NCBI GenBank assembly: GCA_934154445.1
Contig: CAKPGC010000006.1
Span: 3,942 to 67,941, forward strand
Reading direction: 5' to 3'
Origin: an uncultured Clostridia bacterium
GTDB lineage: Bacteria; Bacillota; Clostridia; TANB77; CAG-508
Length of the DNA stretch: 64,000 nucleotides
Positions 1-10,069 of this stretch are shown here, piece after piece. The notes beneath the pieces were generated by a model, which saw only the letters and a program-made list of their open reading frames with translations, was not told where the DNA came from and did no database searches. Each line of letters starts with the position of its first letter. Position 1 is the first letter of the stretch. Position numbers and translations under genes: made by a program.

Positions 1-456
1 AATGACAAACTAACAAATCAAATTCCAAAAGAACAAAAATACAAAATATATATTAGTGCATTAACTGTATTAAACATGGATAGATATAATAGAATATCAA
101 CAACAGATACAAGATTGATAAGAAGAATAGTGAGAGATTATCAATTCAGAAGTTATTCAGCAGTACATACACTAGATACATGGCATAAAGTAACAGAAGG
201 AGAAGAAAAAAATATATTTCCATTCCAAGAAGAAGCAGATAAAATATTTAATACTTCGCTAATTTATGAATTAGGAGCATTAAAACCAATTGCAATGCCA
301 TTATTGGAAGAAATAACAAACGATTATAAAGAATATGCTGAAGCACAAAGATTAATTAATATATTAAAATATTTCAGAGAAATACCAAATGAATATGTAC
401 CAAACAATTCATTACTAAAAGAATTTATAGGAGGCGGAACATTTGATTTACACTAG
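1..456 (+). CDS. uridine/nucleoside kinase family protein, C-terminal part (5' end outside window)
   Basis: Frame 1 is open from nt 1 into the listed ORF 76..456; DTRLIRRIVRDYQFR resembles the Udk-family D-x-R-L-x-RRI-x-RD segment. Confidence 0.55.
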   Translation, partial: NDKLTNQIPKEQKYKIYISALTVLNMDRYNRISTTDTRLIRRIVRDYQFRSYSAVHTLDTWHKVTEGEEKNIFPFQEEADKIFNTSLIYELGALKPIAMPLLEEITNDYKEYAEAQRLINILKYFREIPNEYVPNNSLLKEFIGGGTFDLH

Positions 457-760
457 TAAATTTACAGAAATTGATGAAGAATTTATATGTGAGAATTGTG
501 GAAAAAAAGTTCCCAAGTTAGGATATTCATGTAGAAATCATTGTCCATATTGTTTACATTCAAAACATGTAGATAAAAATCCAGGTGATAGAGCAGAACA
601 ATGTCATGGAGATTTAGAACCAGTGAGCATGGAAATTGATGGTAAAAAAGGATATGTAATTGTTTTTAAATGCAAAAAATGCGGAGCAATAAGAAAAAAT
701 AAAGCAGCAAAAGATGATAATATGGATTTATTAATTGATTTAAGCAGTAAACAAATATAA
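443..760 (+). CDS. RNHCP domain zinc-ribbon protein
   Basis: Literal C-RNHCP-YC motif plus CENCG and CKKCG cysteine pairs; overlaps upstream CDS by 14 nt. Confidence 0.75.
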   Translation: MIYTSKFTEIDEEFICENCGKKVPKLGYSCRNHCPYCLHSKHVDKNPGDRAEQCHGDLEPVSMEIDGKKGYVIVFKCKKCGAIRKNKAAKDDNMDLLIDLSSKQI

Positions 761-806
761 AAAAAGTTACCCCGAAAGGATAATTTCCTTTTTGGGTAAC
801 TTTTTT
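761..806. terminator. bidirectional intrinsic terminator between convergent genes
   Basis: AGTTACCC...GGGTAACT stem flanked by an A-run and a T-run. Confidence 0.6.
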
Positions 807-3216
807 ATATTTCTCTATTTAGATTTCCATTTGTATATTCTTTGCCTTCTAGTCTTGAACCATTTAAAACCTGTTTAACAATAAAATTAATAGTATTAAT
901 ATCTTCATCTAAAATATCTATTCTTGAACAATCAATATTAAATTCGTTTGCATCAATAGAAGTAATTTTACTATTATAGATAGTTGAAACTGTTTGAATA
1001 TTATCAAACAAAATTCTAAAATTCATATTCAATCTATCTTTTAAATAATATTTATTATCAGAATTGCATTTAGACTTACAAGTTGGATAACATTTATTTG
1101 ATTTACCATTTACACAATAATTCATATTCATTAAAGGAATATTGCCATATACAATAAGCTCTTTAGGCAAACATGAATTTTCACATAGACTTAAGATAAT
1201 ATTTTTATTAGATTCTGGTGAAATAGTAAACCTCGAAATATCAAAATCATGTAACTCCTTTACACTGTATTTATTAAATACATTAAATGTATAATTTGCT
1301 ATTAAATCAAAATGATCATTTTTTAAAACATTTTCCAATAATTTTAAATTGGAAATATTTGAAATAACAAATCCTTTAATATTATATTTTTCAATAGTAT
1401 TTTCTATATTATTATAAAATAAATTTCTGTAATTAGCTTTTATTATAGTAGGCATATAGATATACATTTTAAATTTTTGCTGTAAAGTCTCCAAAATTTC
1501 AGAATATTTTATATTAGAAAAATATTTTAAAGGAATATAAATATTATCAATTCCTTCTAATTTAGAGTAATCAAAATTTATATTTAAAATATTTAATAAA
1601 ACTGAAATTTGCTTCTTAACGGGTGTATTGTAAGAAGAAACCTTGATTTTATCACAATCAATTTTTTTATAATCTCTTTTTATATTTTCAATAGCAAAAT
1701 TATAAACTTGTTCTAAAACATCTCTTCGAAGTTGATTTAAAGAACTTATTTTAGGTAAGAAAAGACCTTCATCCAAGTCAATATCTATATTTTTAAAGTT
1801 ATATATAGAATCATTTGTTTTACTAATTTGTGCCAAGATTCTATCCTTATCTATAGGTCTGTTTTTAGCGTTTTCTGGAATAGTATCAGATTTATAAGAA
1901 ATATTCATATTAGAATAAATATCCAAACTATTAGCAGAAGTTACATTTATTTGAATAGGAGAGCCACGTTTAATAATTACTTTACAATTTAAGTCAATCT
2001 TTCTATTTTCACATTTTATACTTTCCTGAGCTATTAAATTTAGCTTTTTAGATGACATTTTGTAAATTTTATCACCTAAATTGATATTACCTTTCATTCT
2101 TCCAATAACAACAGTTTGACCAATTGATGTCTCTCTAATGTTTTTATCTTTTATCATTAGCTCCGAAACATTATATGAACCACTTTCTTTTTCTAACGAA
2201 ATAGTATCGCCAATTTCAATAGGCTCTTGTAATTTTAAAGTTATATAACCTTTGTTTTTATTATATTTTTCTACTTTTCCTAAAAATAAACCAATATTAT
2301 TAGGTCTTTCTTTAAATACTAAATCATGATTAGCATCATTTGACAAATGACCAGTAGAAGACATGCCTCTATTAAAAACTTGTAATAAAGTTTTACGATC
2401 CTCTTCATCTATAACATAATCTTCACCACTTTGGGCTAAATCTATATACTTTCTATATATTCGAGTAACTGTTGCAACATATTCTGGACTCTTCATTCTA
2501 CCTTCAATTTTTAGGCAAGTAACTCCAGCATTTATTAAATTTGGGATAAAATCTAATCCACATAAATCACGAGTACTTAAAATATGTCCTTGGTCGATTT
2601 TTTGGTCATTTTCTAATAGTTGATATGGAAGCCTGCATGGTTGAGCACATTTACCACGGTTACCAGAACGTCCACCAATCATACTAGAAAAAAGGCACTG
2701 ACCTGAATAAGAAATACATAAAGCCCCATGTATAAATACCTCTGTTTCTATATTGGAATTATTACAAATATATTCAATTTCTTGCATAGAAAGTTCACGT
2801 GCTAATACTACTCTTTTAAAACCTAATTGTTGTAATTCCAACACACCCTGCAAATTATGAATAGACATTTGAGTACTTGCATGGATGTCCAAATCAGGAA
2901 AATGTTTAATTAGTTGTTTAGCCAATCCTAAATCTTGAACAATTATACTATCAATTCCAAATTCATAAGCCTTTTTTGCAAGTTCAAAAGCATCATTAAA
3001 TTCGTCATCAGTAATTAATGTATTTAATGTTAAATTTGTCTTAACACCACGAATTTTTGCATATATAATTGCATTTTTCAAATCTTCTAAGCTAAAATTA
3101 GAAGCAAAAGCCCTAGCACTAAATAAATCTGCGCCAAAATAAACACTATTTGCACCATTTTGAACAGCAGCCTTTAAACAATCAAAATCACCAACTGGTG
3201 ACAATAAATCAATCAT
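805..3216 (-). CDS. U32 family peptidase (collagenase-like, long form)
   Basis: EVFIHGALCISYSGQCLFS matches the U32 signature; 803 aa. Confidence 0.85.
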   Translation of the reverse strand: MIDLLSPVGDFDCLKAAVQNGANSVYFGADLFSARAFASNFSLEDLKNAIIYAKIRGVKTNLTLNTLITDDEFNDAFELAKKAYEFGIDSIIVQDLGLAKQLIKHFPDLDIHASTQMSIHNLQGVLELQQLGFKRVVLARELSMQEIEYICNNSNIETEVFIHGALCISYSGQCLFSSMIGGRSGNRGKCAQPCRLPYQLLENDQKIDQGHILSTRDLCGLDFIPNLINAGVTCLKIEGRMKSPEYVATVTRIYRKYIDLAQSGEDYVIDEEDRKTLLQVFNRGMSSTGHLSNDANHDLVFKERPNNIGLFLGKVEKYNKNKGYITLKLQEPIEIGDTISLEKESGSYNVSELMIKDKNIRETSIGQTVVIGRMKGNINLGDKIYKMSSKKLNLIAQESIKCENRKIDLNCKVIIKRGSPIQINVTSANSLDIYSNMNISYKSDTIPENAKNRPIDKDRILAQISKTNDSIYNFKNIDIDLDEGLFLPKISSLNQLRRDVLEQVYNFAIENIKRDYKKIDCDKIKVSSYNTPVKKQISVLLNILNINFDYSKLEGIDNIYIPLKYFSNIKYSEILETLQQKFKMYIYMPTIIKANYRNLFYNNIENTIEKYNIKGFVISNISNLKLLENVLKNDHFDLIANYTFNVFNKYSVKELHDFDISRFTISPESNKNIILSLCENSCLPKELIVYGNIPLMNMNYCVNGKSNKCYPTCKSKCNSDNKYYLKDRLNMNFRILFDNIQTVSTIYNSKITSIDANEFNIDCSRIDILDEDINTINFIVKQVLNGSRLEGKEYTNGNLNREI

Positions 3217-3329
3217 TATTATATCCTCCAGACAAATTATAACATTTTTTGATAATAAAGTAAAATGTTGATTTTTTAAAATTAATTTAGTATATTAATA
3301 GTAGATAAAAAATAACAGAAGGTGAAAAT

Positions 3330-5090
3330 ATGATATTAAACTTTGAAGATCTATTAATAAAAGAAGTAAACAATAGTGAAGTTATAAAATTAAAAAAAGA
3401 TGTATTTGATATGATAAAATATTTGCAATCAATTCAAAAATATTTTAATGGAAATCTTATGCAAATGAGAGAGGTTGTATTTGAAGAATTAGATAAACAA
3501 TTAAAAGAATATTTAAAAATATTATCAACAGATTTAATACAAAAAGAAGTAAGTGCTTTGGATACACTAAATAATAATCAACATCTATTAAAAAGCTATT
3601 ATGAAAAGTTAAAAGATGTAGATTTAGAAGGATTTGATTTAAATAGAGATAAAAATGAATTAAATGGTAACGAAGTAGATTGTCAAAGTTTTGAAGTAAA
3701 GGTTCTAATACAAAGCATTAGAAGAGAAAAAGATGAAATAAATCCAATGATAATGAATTCAGTAAGAAAAATATATGAATGCAAAGATTCTAAAGAAAAA
3801 GAAAAATATAAAGAAGAATTTGAAAAAGATCCAGAACTTAAGCAAATATACGAATATGTAGAAATTTTCCTACCGGATTCAGAAGAAGAAAGCTTGAAAA
3901 TGTACACTAAATACAGACTAGAAAAAGCCAAAACAATGCTTAAAGACAATGAAAAAAGAAGATTGAAAATTGCTGGAAAATTTTTCAAGAGATACAATTT
4001 ATTAGAAAAAATAAGAAACAAAGTAAACAGTGATTACCAAAAAGTCGGACTAGAAGAAATGCAGTACTCACTAAGGACCGATGGGATACAAGAAGATGTT
4101 GGAGTAGAAAATATATTTGAGGATGAATATATAGACACTTTAACCGAAGAACAACTATCAGTTCTTAACGCATATTGGCAAAATAGATACACAAAAGAAG
4201 CGGAAGACATTAAAAATTCTTTGTTTGTAATTGAATGCTTACAATTATGGGAACATATATTAGATGATAATGTTTTAGAAAGTATAACTAGTGATGATTT
4301 AGAAAACTCATGGAGAAAAATTCAAATATGCAATAAAGTATTCAAAAAAATAAAAGATACAAGTACTATACAAGAAAAAATAGCTCCAAACATCATGTAT
4401 AACATATTGGATTTAAACCAAATTAATGATGAATTTAAACAAGAATATAAAAAATATTTTAATAAAGCATTTGCACAAAATGAAAATAATTTTAATCAAG
4501 ACTTTTGTGTTGGACAATCAACAAGAAATATGATTGACACAATATATCAGATGAAAAGAACAAATATAAAACAATTATTATTAAACATAGAAAGAAATGG
4601 TAAAATAACTAATTGGGGATATATACAAGAAAAAAAGCAAGGCAACAACTCAATAAAAAGAGAAAAAGATAATATATTAATTGGAATAGATTATCCTGGA
4701 TTTAATAGCCCAATAATGCTTCACACAGATAGAAAATTACTGTTAGAATACTTTGATAAAACAAAAGAACACACTATTATTCCAATATATGAGGGGGAAA
4801 AGGATGGAGAATACGAAGGAAAATTGAGGGCAAGAGCTATATTGATGCCATTAACGGAAAAAAGAGAATCATATATTATAAAAATGAACAAACAGGCCAA
4901 AACAGTGGATAAAAATTATATATTCATCAGACATCTAGGAAATTTAGTAACCAAAAAAGTAAAAAGTATTTCTAAAATTTACCCTACAGAATATGTGGAT
5001 TTAAAAACTGGAAATACAGGACATAAGGTAAATGGAGAATTCATAGTTGAAAACATAGAAGAAAGAGAAAATGAAAAAAACATAAAATAA
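3330..5090 (+). CDS. hypothetical protein, 586 aa, no domain recognised
   Basis: Long uninterrupted ORF with GAAGGTG RBS 7 nt upstream; Lys/Glu-rich, no TM segment or catalytic motif seen. Confidence 0.6.
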   Translation: MILNFEDLLIKEVNNSEVIKLKKDVFDMIKYLQSIQKYFNGNLMQMREVVFEELDKQLKEYLKILSTDLIQKEVSALDTLNNNQHLLKSYYEKLKDVDLEGFDLNRDKNELNGNEVDCQSFEVKVLIQSIRREKDEINPMIMNSVRKIYECKDSKEKEKYKEEFEKDPELKQIYEYVEIFLPDSEEESLKMYTKYRLEKAKTMLKDNEKRRLKIAGKFFKRYNLLEKIRNKVNSDYQKVGLEEMQYSLRTDGIQEDVGVENIFEDEYIDTLTEEQLSVLNAYWQNRYTKEAEDIKNSLFVIECLQLWEHILDDNVLESITSDDLENSWRKIQICNKVFKKIKDTSTIQEKIAPNIMYNILDLNQINDEFKQEYKKYFNKAFAQNENNFNQDFCVGQSTRNMIDTIYQMKRTNIKQLLLNIERNGKITNWGYIQEKKQGNNSIKREKDNILIGIDYPGFNSPIMLHTDRKLLLEYFDKTKEHTIIPIYEGEKDGEYEGKLRARAILMPLTEKRESYIIKMNKQAKTVDKNYIFIRHLGNLVTKKVKSISKIYPTEYVDLKTGNTGHKVNGEFIVENIEERENEKNIK

Positions 5091-5175
5091 AAACATTGAC
5101 AAACATTTTCATTTAATATATTATAACTACTGAAAAATTATTATATAGAATAGAAAAAAATAGGAGGAAATAGTA

Positions 5176-5715
5176 ATGGAATTAAAAGGTTCAAAAACAG
5201 AAAAAAATCTAATGGAAGCTTTTGCAGGAGAATCACAAGCAAGAAATAAATACACATATTTTGCAAGTAAAGCAAAAAAAGAAGGATATGAGCAAATAGC
5301 AGCAATATTTCAAGAAACAGCTGATAATGAAAAAGAACATGCGAAAATGTGGTTTAAGTTATTACAAGGTGGAGATATAAAAACAACAGCAGAAAATTTA
5401 AAAGCAGCAGCAGAAGGAGAAAATTACGAATGGACTGATATGTATGATAGAATGGCACAAGAAGCCAAAGAAGAAGGCTTTGACCATATTGCATATTTAT
5501 TCTCAGCAGTTGGAAAAATAGAAAAAGAACATGAACAAAGATATTTAAAATTATTAGAAAATGTAGAAAATGGATTAGTATTTAGTAAAGACGGTGACAG
5601 AATTTGGAAATGTAGAAACTGTGGACACATAGTAATAGGAAAAAATGCACCAGAAATTTGCCCAGTATGTGCACATCCAAAAGCATATTTTGAAATAAAA
5701 GCTGAAAATTATTAA
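5176..5715 (+). CDS. rbr: rubrerythrin
   Basis: N-terminal ferritin-like E-x-x-H pairs (ESQARNKY, NEKEHAKMW, EKEHEQRY) and C-terminal rubredoxin CRNCG...CPVC. Confidence 0.9.
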   Translation: MELKGSKTEKNLMEAFAGESQARNKYTYFASKAKKEGYEQIAAIFQETADNEKEHAKMWFKLLQGGDIKTTAENLKAAAEGENYEWTDMYDRMAQEAKEEGFDHIAYLFSAVGKIEKEHEQRYLKLLENVENGLVFSKDGDRIWKCRNCGHIVIGKNAPEICPVCAHPKAYFEIKAENY

Positions 5716-5743
5716 TATGTTTTAAAATCAACACAATTTTAAG

Positions 5744-5780
5744 AAAAGAAATGGATTTTAAGTCCATTTCTTTTTCTTCT
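5744..5780 (+). terminator. intrinsic terminator after rbr
   Basis: AGAAATGGA-loop-TCCATTTCT hairpin followed by T-rich run. Confidence 0.6.
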
Positions 5781-5841
5781 AAATTTATTTGAAAAAGAAA
5801 TAATAATATGTTATAATTCTAAATATATGCGGAGGGAAAAT

Positions 5842-6609
5842 ATGCCAAAATTTTTTATAGAACAAAAACAAATAAAACAAGATAAAATAACAATATATGG
5901 GCAAGATGTAAATCACATAAAAAAAGTTTTAAGAGCAAAAAAAGGTGAAGAATTAGAAGTATGCAATAAAACAACAGGAGAAAATTATTTATGTGAGATA
6001 CTAGAAATAGAAAACGAAAAAATAGAATGTAACATAAAACAAAAATTAAACATTCAAACAGAATCAAATATAGAAGTTACAATATTTCAAGGATTACCAA
6101 AAGCTGACAAAATGGAATATATAATACAAAAATCAGTTGAACTTGGGGTATATGATATAACTCCAGTAGAAATGAAAAGATGTGTTGTGAAATTAAATGA
6201 AAAAGACAAGGCAAAGAAAACAGAAAGGTGGCAAAAAATATCCGAAGTAGCCGCAAAGCAATGTGGAAGAGATATAGTTCCACAAATAAATAATACAATA
6301 AATATCAAAAATCTATGTAATTTAATAGAAAAATATGATATAGTATTAGTAGCTTATGAAAATGAAACTGAAAACACATTAAAAAATGAATTAGAAAAAG
6401 TAAAAGAAAAATATTCGTTTAAAGAAAAAGACGATAAAATAAAAATAGGAGTTGTTATTGGACCAGAGGGAGGACTAGAAAATCAAGATGTTGATCTTTT
6501 GAAAGAAAACGGAGCCCAAATAATAACGTTAGGAAAAAGAATATTGAGAACAGAAACAGTAGCACTAAATGTTTTAAGTATAATCATGTATGAACTGGAA
6601 AATTTATAA
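5842..6609 (+). CDS. rsmE: 16S rRNA (uracil1498-N3)-methyltransferase
   Basis: MPKFFIE... N-terminus and C-terminal GPEGGL...LGKRILRTETA motif typical of RsmE; GGAGGG RBS favours ATG 5842 over ORF-track start 5827. Confidence 0.85.
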   Translation: MPKFFIEQKQIKQDKITIYGQDVNHIKKVLRAKKGEELEVCNKTTGENYLCEILEIENEKIECNIKQKLNIQTESNIEVTIFQGLPKADKMEYIIQKSVELGVYDITPVEMKRCVVKLNEKDKAKKTERWQKISEVAAKQCGRDIVPQINNTINIKNLCNLIEKYDIVLVAYENETENTLKNELEKVKEKYSFKEKDDKIKIGVVIGPEGGLENQDVDLLKENGAQIITLGKRILRTETVALNVLSIIMYELENL

Positions 6610-6633
6610 TAAACAAAAGAAAGGATTCCATTA

Positions 6634-7296
6634 ATGAAAGAAGTAAAAGAAAAATATTTAAAAGAAATATATTTAAACATATTAAAAGCAATAATTATAG
6701 TACTATATTTTTTTATACTAAACCAAGCCTATGAAAACATAAGCAATGAACATCTAGAATTAGGAATAGAAATATTAACAATGATATTTTTATTTATATC
6801 AATTTTTATTTTTGAAAAAGCATATAAAAAAGATGATGGAAACCTTGCCATACAAGGAATAGAAATTTTAGTATTATCAACATACACATTAACAAGTAGG
6901 CATATAACTAACAAGTTTAATTTTGAATTTAAAAGTTATTCACTTGTAGCATCTTATATATTTGCTATTTATTTTATATTAAAATGTATAATTATATATA
7001 CAAAAGGAAGAAAAGAAGAAGCGGAGAGCCTTAGTGATATAAGAGAAATTGTTAAAAAGGATGAACCAATAATAAAAGAAGCAACCAAAAAAAGTTCAAA
7101 TAAAAAAGTCGAAGAAGCAAATAAAAAACAAGAGGAACAAGAAAATAAGGAATCAAAAAGCAAAAAACAAAGCGGAACCAAAAAAAATAATTCAAAGACA
7201 AAAAAGCAAAGTGAACAAAAAACTGATACGAAAAGTAGAAAACGAGAGAATGTAAAAACACAAAGTAGTAAAAAAGAGGTAAAAAAGAATGATTAG
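6634..7296 (+). CDS. membrane protein with Lys-rich C-terminal tail
   Basis: About four hydrophobic segments then ~80 aa K/E/S/Q-rich low-complexity tail. Confidence 0.55.
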   Translation: MKEVKEKYLKEIYLNILKAIIIVLYFFILNQAYENISNEHLELGIEILTMIFLFISIFIFEKAYKKDDGNLAIQGIEILVLSTYTLTSRHITNKFNFEFKSYSLVASYIFAIYFILKCIIIYTKGRKEEAESLSDIREIVKKDEPIIKEATKKSSNKKVEEANKKQEEQENKESKSKKQSGTKKNNSKTKKQSEQKTDTKSRKRENVKTQSSKKEVKKND

Positions 7297-8167
7297 AAGT
7301 ATGACAGGATATGGCAAAGAAACATTATGCATAGAAGAAAGAGAATACCAAGTAGAAATAAAAAGTGTAAATCACAGATATTTAGATATTAATATAAAAA
7401 TACCAAGAACTTTGAGTTACTTAGAAGAAGAAATAAAAAAAGAAATCGCTAAAAAAATAAAAAGAGGAAAAATCGACGTATATATAGCTTATGAAAATAA
7501 TAGTCAAGAGGGAAAAAATATAAAAATAAATAAAGAACTTGCAAAAATATATATAGAACAATTAAAAGAATTAGCACAAGAGGAAAAAATCTCAAGCAAT
7601 ATTGAAGCAATAGATATAGCTAAGTTTCCTGATATATTAACAATAAAAACGGATGAAGAAGATGAAAAAATAAGAGATGAAATTATACAAACAACCATAA
7701 ATGCAACAGAAAAAATAGTAGAAATGAAAAGCGTAGAAGGAGAAAAAATATTACAAGACTTATTGAGAAGAATAGAAAAAATAGAAAATGAAATAGAAAA
7801 AATATCTAAAAAATCTACTGGACTTATTGAGGAATATGTAGTAAAATTAGAAAAACGAATAAAAGAAATATTAAAAACAGAAGAAATAGACAAAACAAGA
7901 CTAGCCCAAGAAGTTGTAATATATGCAGATAAATGTTCAATCGAAGAAGAAGTCACAAGACTAAAAAGTCATATATATCAATTTAAAAATTTAATAAATG
8001 ACAACAATGAAACAAAAGGAAAAAAATTAGACTTTATAATACAAGAAATGAACAGAGAAACAAATACAATAGGATCCAAAGCAAATAGCCTAGAAATAAC
8101 AAATGGCGTTATAGAAATAAAAACAGAATTAGAAGACATAAGAGAACAAATACAAAATATAGAATAA
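7289..8167 (+). CDS. yicC: YicC/YloC family stress-induced protein
   Basis: MIRSMTGYGK start and C-terminal QEMNRETNTIGSKAN motif. Confidence 0.85.
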   Translation: MIRSMTGYGKETLCIEEREYQVEIKSVNHRYLDINIKIPRTLSYLEEEIKKEIAKKIKRGKIDVYIAYENNSQEGKNIKINKELAKIYIEQLKELAQEEKISSNIEAIDIAKFPDILTIKTDEEDEKIRDEIIQTTINATEKIVEMKSVEGEKILQDLLRRIEKIENEIEKISKKSTGLIEEYVVKLEKRIKEILKTEEIDKTRLAQEVVIYADKCSIEEEVTRLKSHIYQFKNLINDNNETKGKKLDFIIQEMNRETNTIGSKANSLEITNGVIEIKTELEDIREQIQNIE

Positions 8168-8182
8168 AGGAGATGGAAGATT

Positions 8183-8455
8183 ATGCAATTAGTAAACATA
8201 GGATTTGGAAATATAGTTTCAGCAGAAAGAATAGTGGCAATAGTAAGCCCAGAATCAGCACCAATAAAAAGAATGGTACAAGAAGCAAAAGACAATAAAA
8301 CAGCAGTTGACGCAACATGTGGTAGAAGAACAAGAGCTGTTATAATAACAGATTCAGGACACATTATATTATCAGCAGTACAACCTGAAACAGTTGCTGG
8401 AAGATTAGATAAAGACATCACAAGTGCATCAGCACAACTACAAGATGAAGAATAA
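8183..8455 (+). CDS. remA: RemA/DUF370 family regulator
   Basis: [28 protein letters not shown]...[14 protein letters not shown] is the conserved RemA core; canonical position after yicC. Confidence 0.85.
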   Translation: MQLVNIGFGNIVSAERIVAIVSPESAPIKRMVQEAKDNKTAVDATCGRRTRAVIITDSGHIILSAVQPETVAGRLDKDITSASAQLQDEE

Positions 8456-8474
8456 AAATATGGAGGGAAAGAAA

Positions 8475-8702
8475 ATGATAGTAAAACCAACAGTTACAGA
8501 ATTATTAAAAAAAGCAAAAAACAGATATGAACTTATAATAGCAACATCAAAAAGAGCTAGACAAATTTCAATGGGAGATGAACCTTTAACAAAAGTTAAA
8601 GAAGAATCACCAGTTACTTTAGCTGCCAATGAAATTGCAGAAGGTAAAGTTACAATTATAAGAGATGAAGATTCTGACGAAAACAAAGAAGACGAAGAAT
8701 AA
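8475..8702 (+). CDS. rpoZ: DNA-directed RNA polymerase subunit omega
   Basis: NRYELIIATSKRARQI motif; GGAGGGA RBS selects ATG 8475 inside ORF 8424..8702. Confidence 0.85.
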   Translation: MIVKPTVTELLKKAKNRYELIIATSKRARQISMGDEPLTKVKEESPVTLAANEIAEGKVTIIRDEDSDENKEDEE

Positions 8703-8721
8703 AAATTAAGGAGAGTAAATA

Positions 8722-9297
8722 ATGTTAGTAATATTATCTGGCGTTTCAGGAGCAGGAAAAGACACAATAAAAAAAGAATTAATAAAAAGGATGGAAAATG
8801 TTATATCTCTTCCATCTTTTACTTCTAGAGGTCCAAGACCAGGAGAAGAAGAAGGCATACAATACCATTTTATAACAAAAGAAGAATTTAAAGAAAAAAT
8901 AAACAATGGAGAATTTTATGAGTATGATTTACACCATGAAAATTATTATGGAACATCAAAAAAACTAATGAATGAAAAAATTCAAAGTGGAAAAATAATA
9001 GTAAAAGATATAGAAGTAAATGGAACAGAAAATCTAATAAAAACATTAAGAAATGAAACAAAATTAGTAACAATATTTTTAAAAGTAGATAAAGAAGAAT
9101 TAAAAAACAGACTTATAAATAGGGGAGATAATTTATCAGAATCAGAAATGCAATTAAGATTAGATAGATTAGAATATGAAGAATCAAAAATAAAATTATA
9201 TGATTATGTTATAAAAAATGACGACTTAGAAAAAACTGTTCAAATAATTATGACAATAATTAAAAATGAAGAGAGAATTGAAAATTCTGAAAACTAA
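8722..9297 (+). CDS. gmk: guanylate kinase
   Basis: P-loop SGVSGAGKDT, SFTSRGPRPGEEEGIQYHF and YYGTSK motifs. Confidence 0.8.
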   Translation: MLVILSGVSGAGKDTIKKELIKRMENVISLPSFTSRGPRPGEEEGIQYHFITKEEFKEKINNGEFYEYDLHHENYYGTSKKLMNEKIQSGKIIVKDIEVNGTENLIKTLRNETKLVTIFLKVDKEELKNRLINRGDNLSESEMQLRLDRLEYEESKIKLYDYVIKNDDLEKTVQIIMTIIKNEERIENSEN

Positions 9298-9389
9298 TAA
9301 AAAAGATATATAATATGAAAAATTTGCAAAAAAATATCTTATGTGTTATACTTAATAAGTACAATCGAAAAAACCAGAAGGTGGTAAAA

Positions 9390-9722
9390 ATGGAATTATT
9401 AGTTATAATATATATATTAGTTTTTATAGTAATTGCTTTGGTATTATATGCAATAATGCAAATGAAATTATTAGGAATAAAAGTAAAAGACTTTTGGGAT
9501 TTTATAGAAGCAAACCAAATGCTAGATAAATTATATTATTTTGCAAAACAATATCAAAATATGTCTCCACAAGAACAAGTAATATACTTATCAGAAGCTG
9601 AAAAAATATTCACTGCTTTTGATAAGATGCCAGCAGAATTGTGGGAAGACGAATATGATAAATATAAACAAGTTTTAAAAAAATACAAAGATATAAAAAT
9701 GTTTAGATGGGCACAAGAATAA
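9390..9722 (+). CDS. small membrane-anchored hypothetical protein
   Basis: One N-terminal TM helix; AGAAGGTGG RBS precedes ATG 9390 (ORF track starts at 9315). Confidence 0.5.
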   Translation: MELLVIIYILVFIVIALVLYAIMQMKLLGIKVKDFWDFIEANQMLDKLYYFAKQYQNMSPQEQVIYLSEAEKIFTAFDKMPAELWEDEYDKYKQVLKKYKDIKMFRWAQE

Positions 9723-9756
9723 AAACTTTTTAAAAAAATATATAAGCTATTTACAA

Positions 9757-9820
9757 AAGCTACTAAATGTGTTATATATAGTATATTCTATTAAGCACAG
9801 TTAGTAGCTTAATTTTTTTT
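9757..9820 (+). terminator. intrinsic terminator
   Basis: AAGCTACTAAaTGTG / CACAGTTAGTAGCTT 15-bp stem (1 mismatch) followed by T8. Confidence 0.6.
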
Positions 9821-9841
9821 AAATCAATAAATTTTAAATTC

Positions 9842-9880
9842 AAAAAAATTTAATCTAAAAAAATTTAATCTAAAAAAATT
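9842..9880. repeat. tandem 15-nt A/T repeat (AAAAAAATTTAATCT x2.6)
   Basis: Two perfect units 9842-9856 and 9857-9871 plus a 9-nt partial third. Confidence 0.85.
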
Positions 9881-9979
9881 CCAGAAAACAAAAAATATAA
9901 AAAGGAGGTTGTAGTTTGTAATATAATAGCTACTTTTTAACTTATTAGAAAATATTTATTTTAAAATTATAGTAAAGTA

Positions 9980-10008
9980 TTGAAATATTTTAATATGATT
10001 GATATAAT
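9980..10008 (+). promoter_or_regulatory. sigmaA-type promoter for the coiled-coil gene
   Basis: TTGAAA, 17-nt spacer, TG-n-TATAAT. Confidence 0.5.
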
Positions 10009-10069
10009 GAAGGAGGAATGTAAAAGTAAAATATAGAAATAAAATAAATTTTTGAAAGGAGCTAGGCAA

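Noticed and set aside
5091-5175. PerR box upstream of rubrerythrin
   Set aside because: The region is AT-rich with partial TTATAA-like words. I could not align a convincing TTATAATnATTATAA palindrome by eye.
5827-5841. Longer rsmE start (MRREN...)
   Set aside because: The GGAGGG inside the extension is correctly spaced as the RBS for ATG 5842. The extension also contains a CGG codon (5830-5832) that native genes avoid.
7504-8490. Two long minus-strand ORFs (150 and 170 aa) opposite yicC and remA
   Set aside because: They are antisense shadows of well-supported plus-strand genes. Their composition is Ser/Ile/Phe-rich and low-complexity, as expected from the complement of Lys/Glu-rich codons. 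They have no RBS. The same reasoning applies to 3683..4021, 5424..5767, 5855..6308, 6729..7261 and similar track entries.
10018-10023. Start-stop minimal ORF (ATG TAA) after an AGGAGG sequence
   Set aside because: The SD-like sequence ends only 1 nt before the ATG. It also overlaps the predicted transcription start of the 9980-10008 promoter. A functional initiation site is unlikely.
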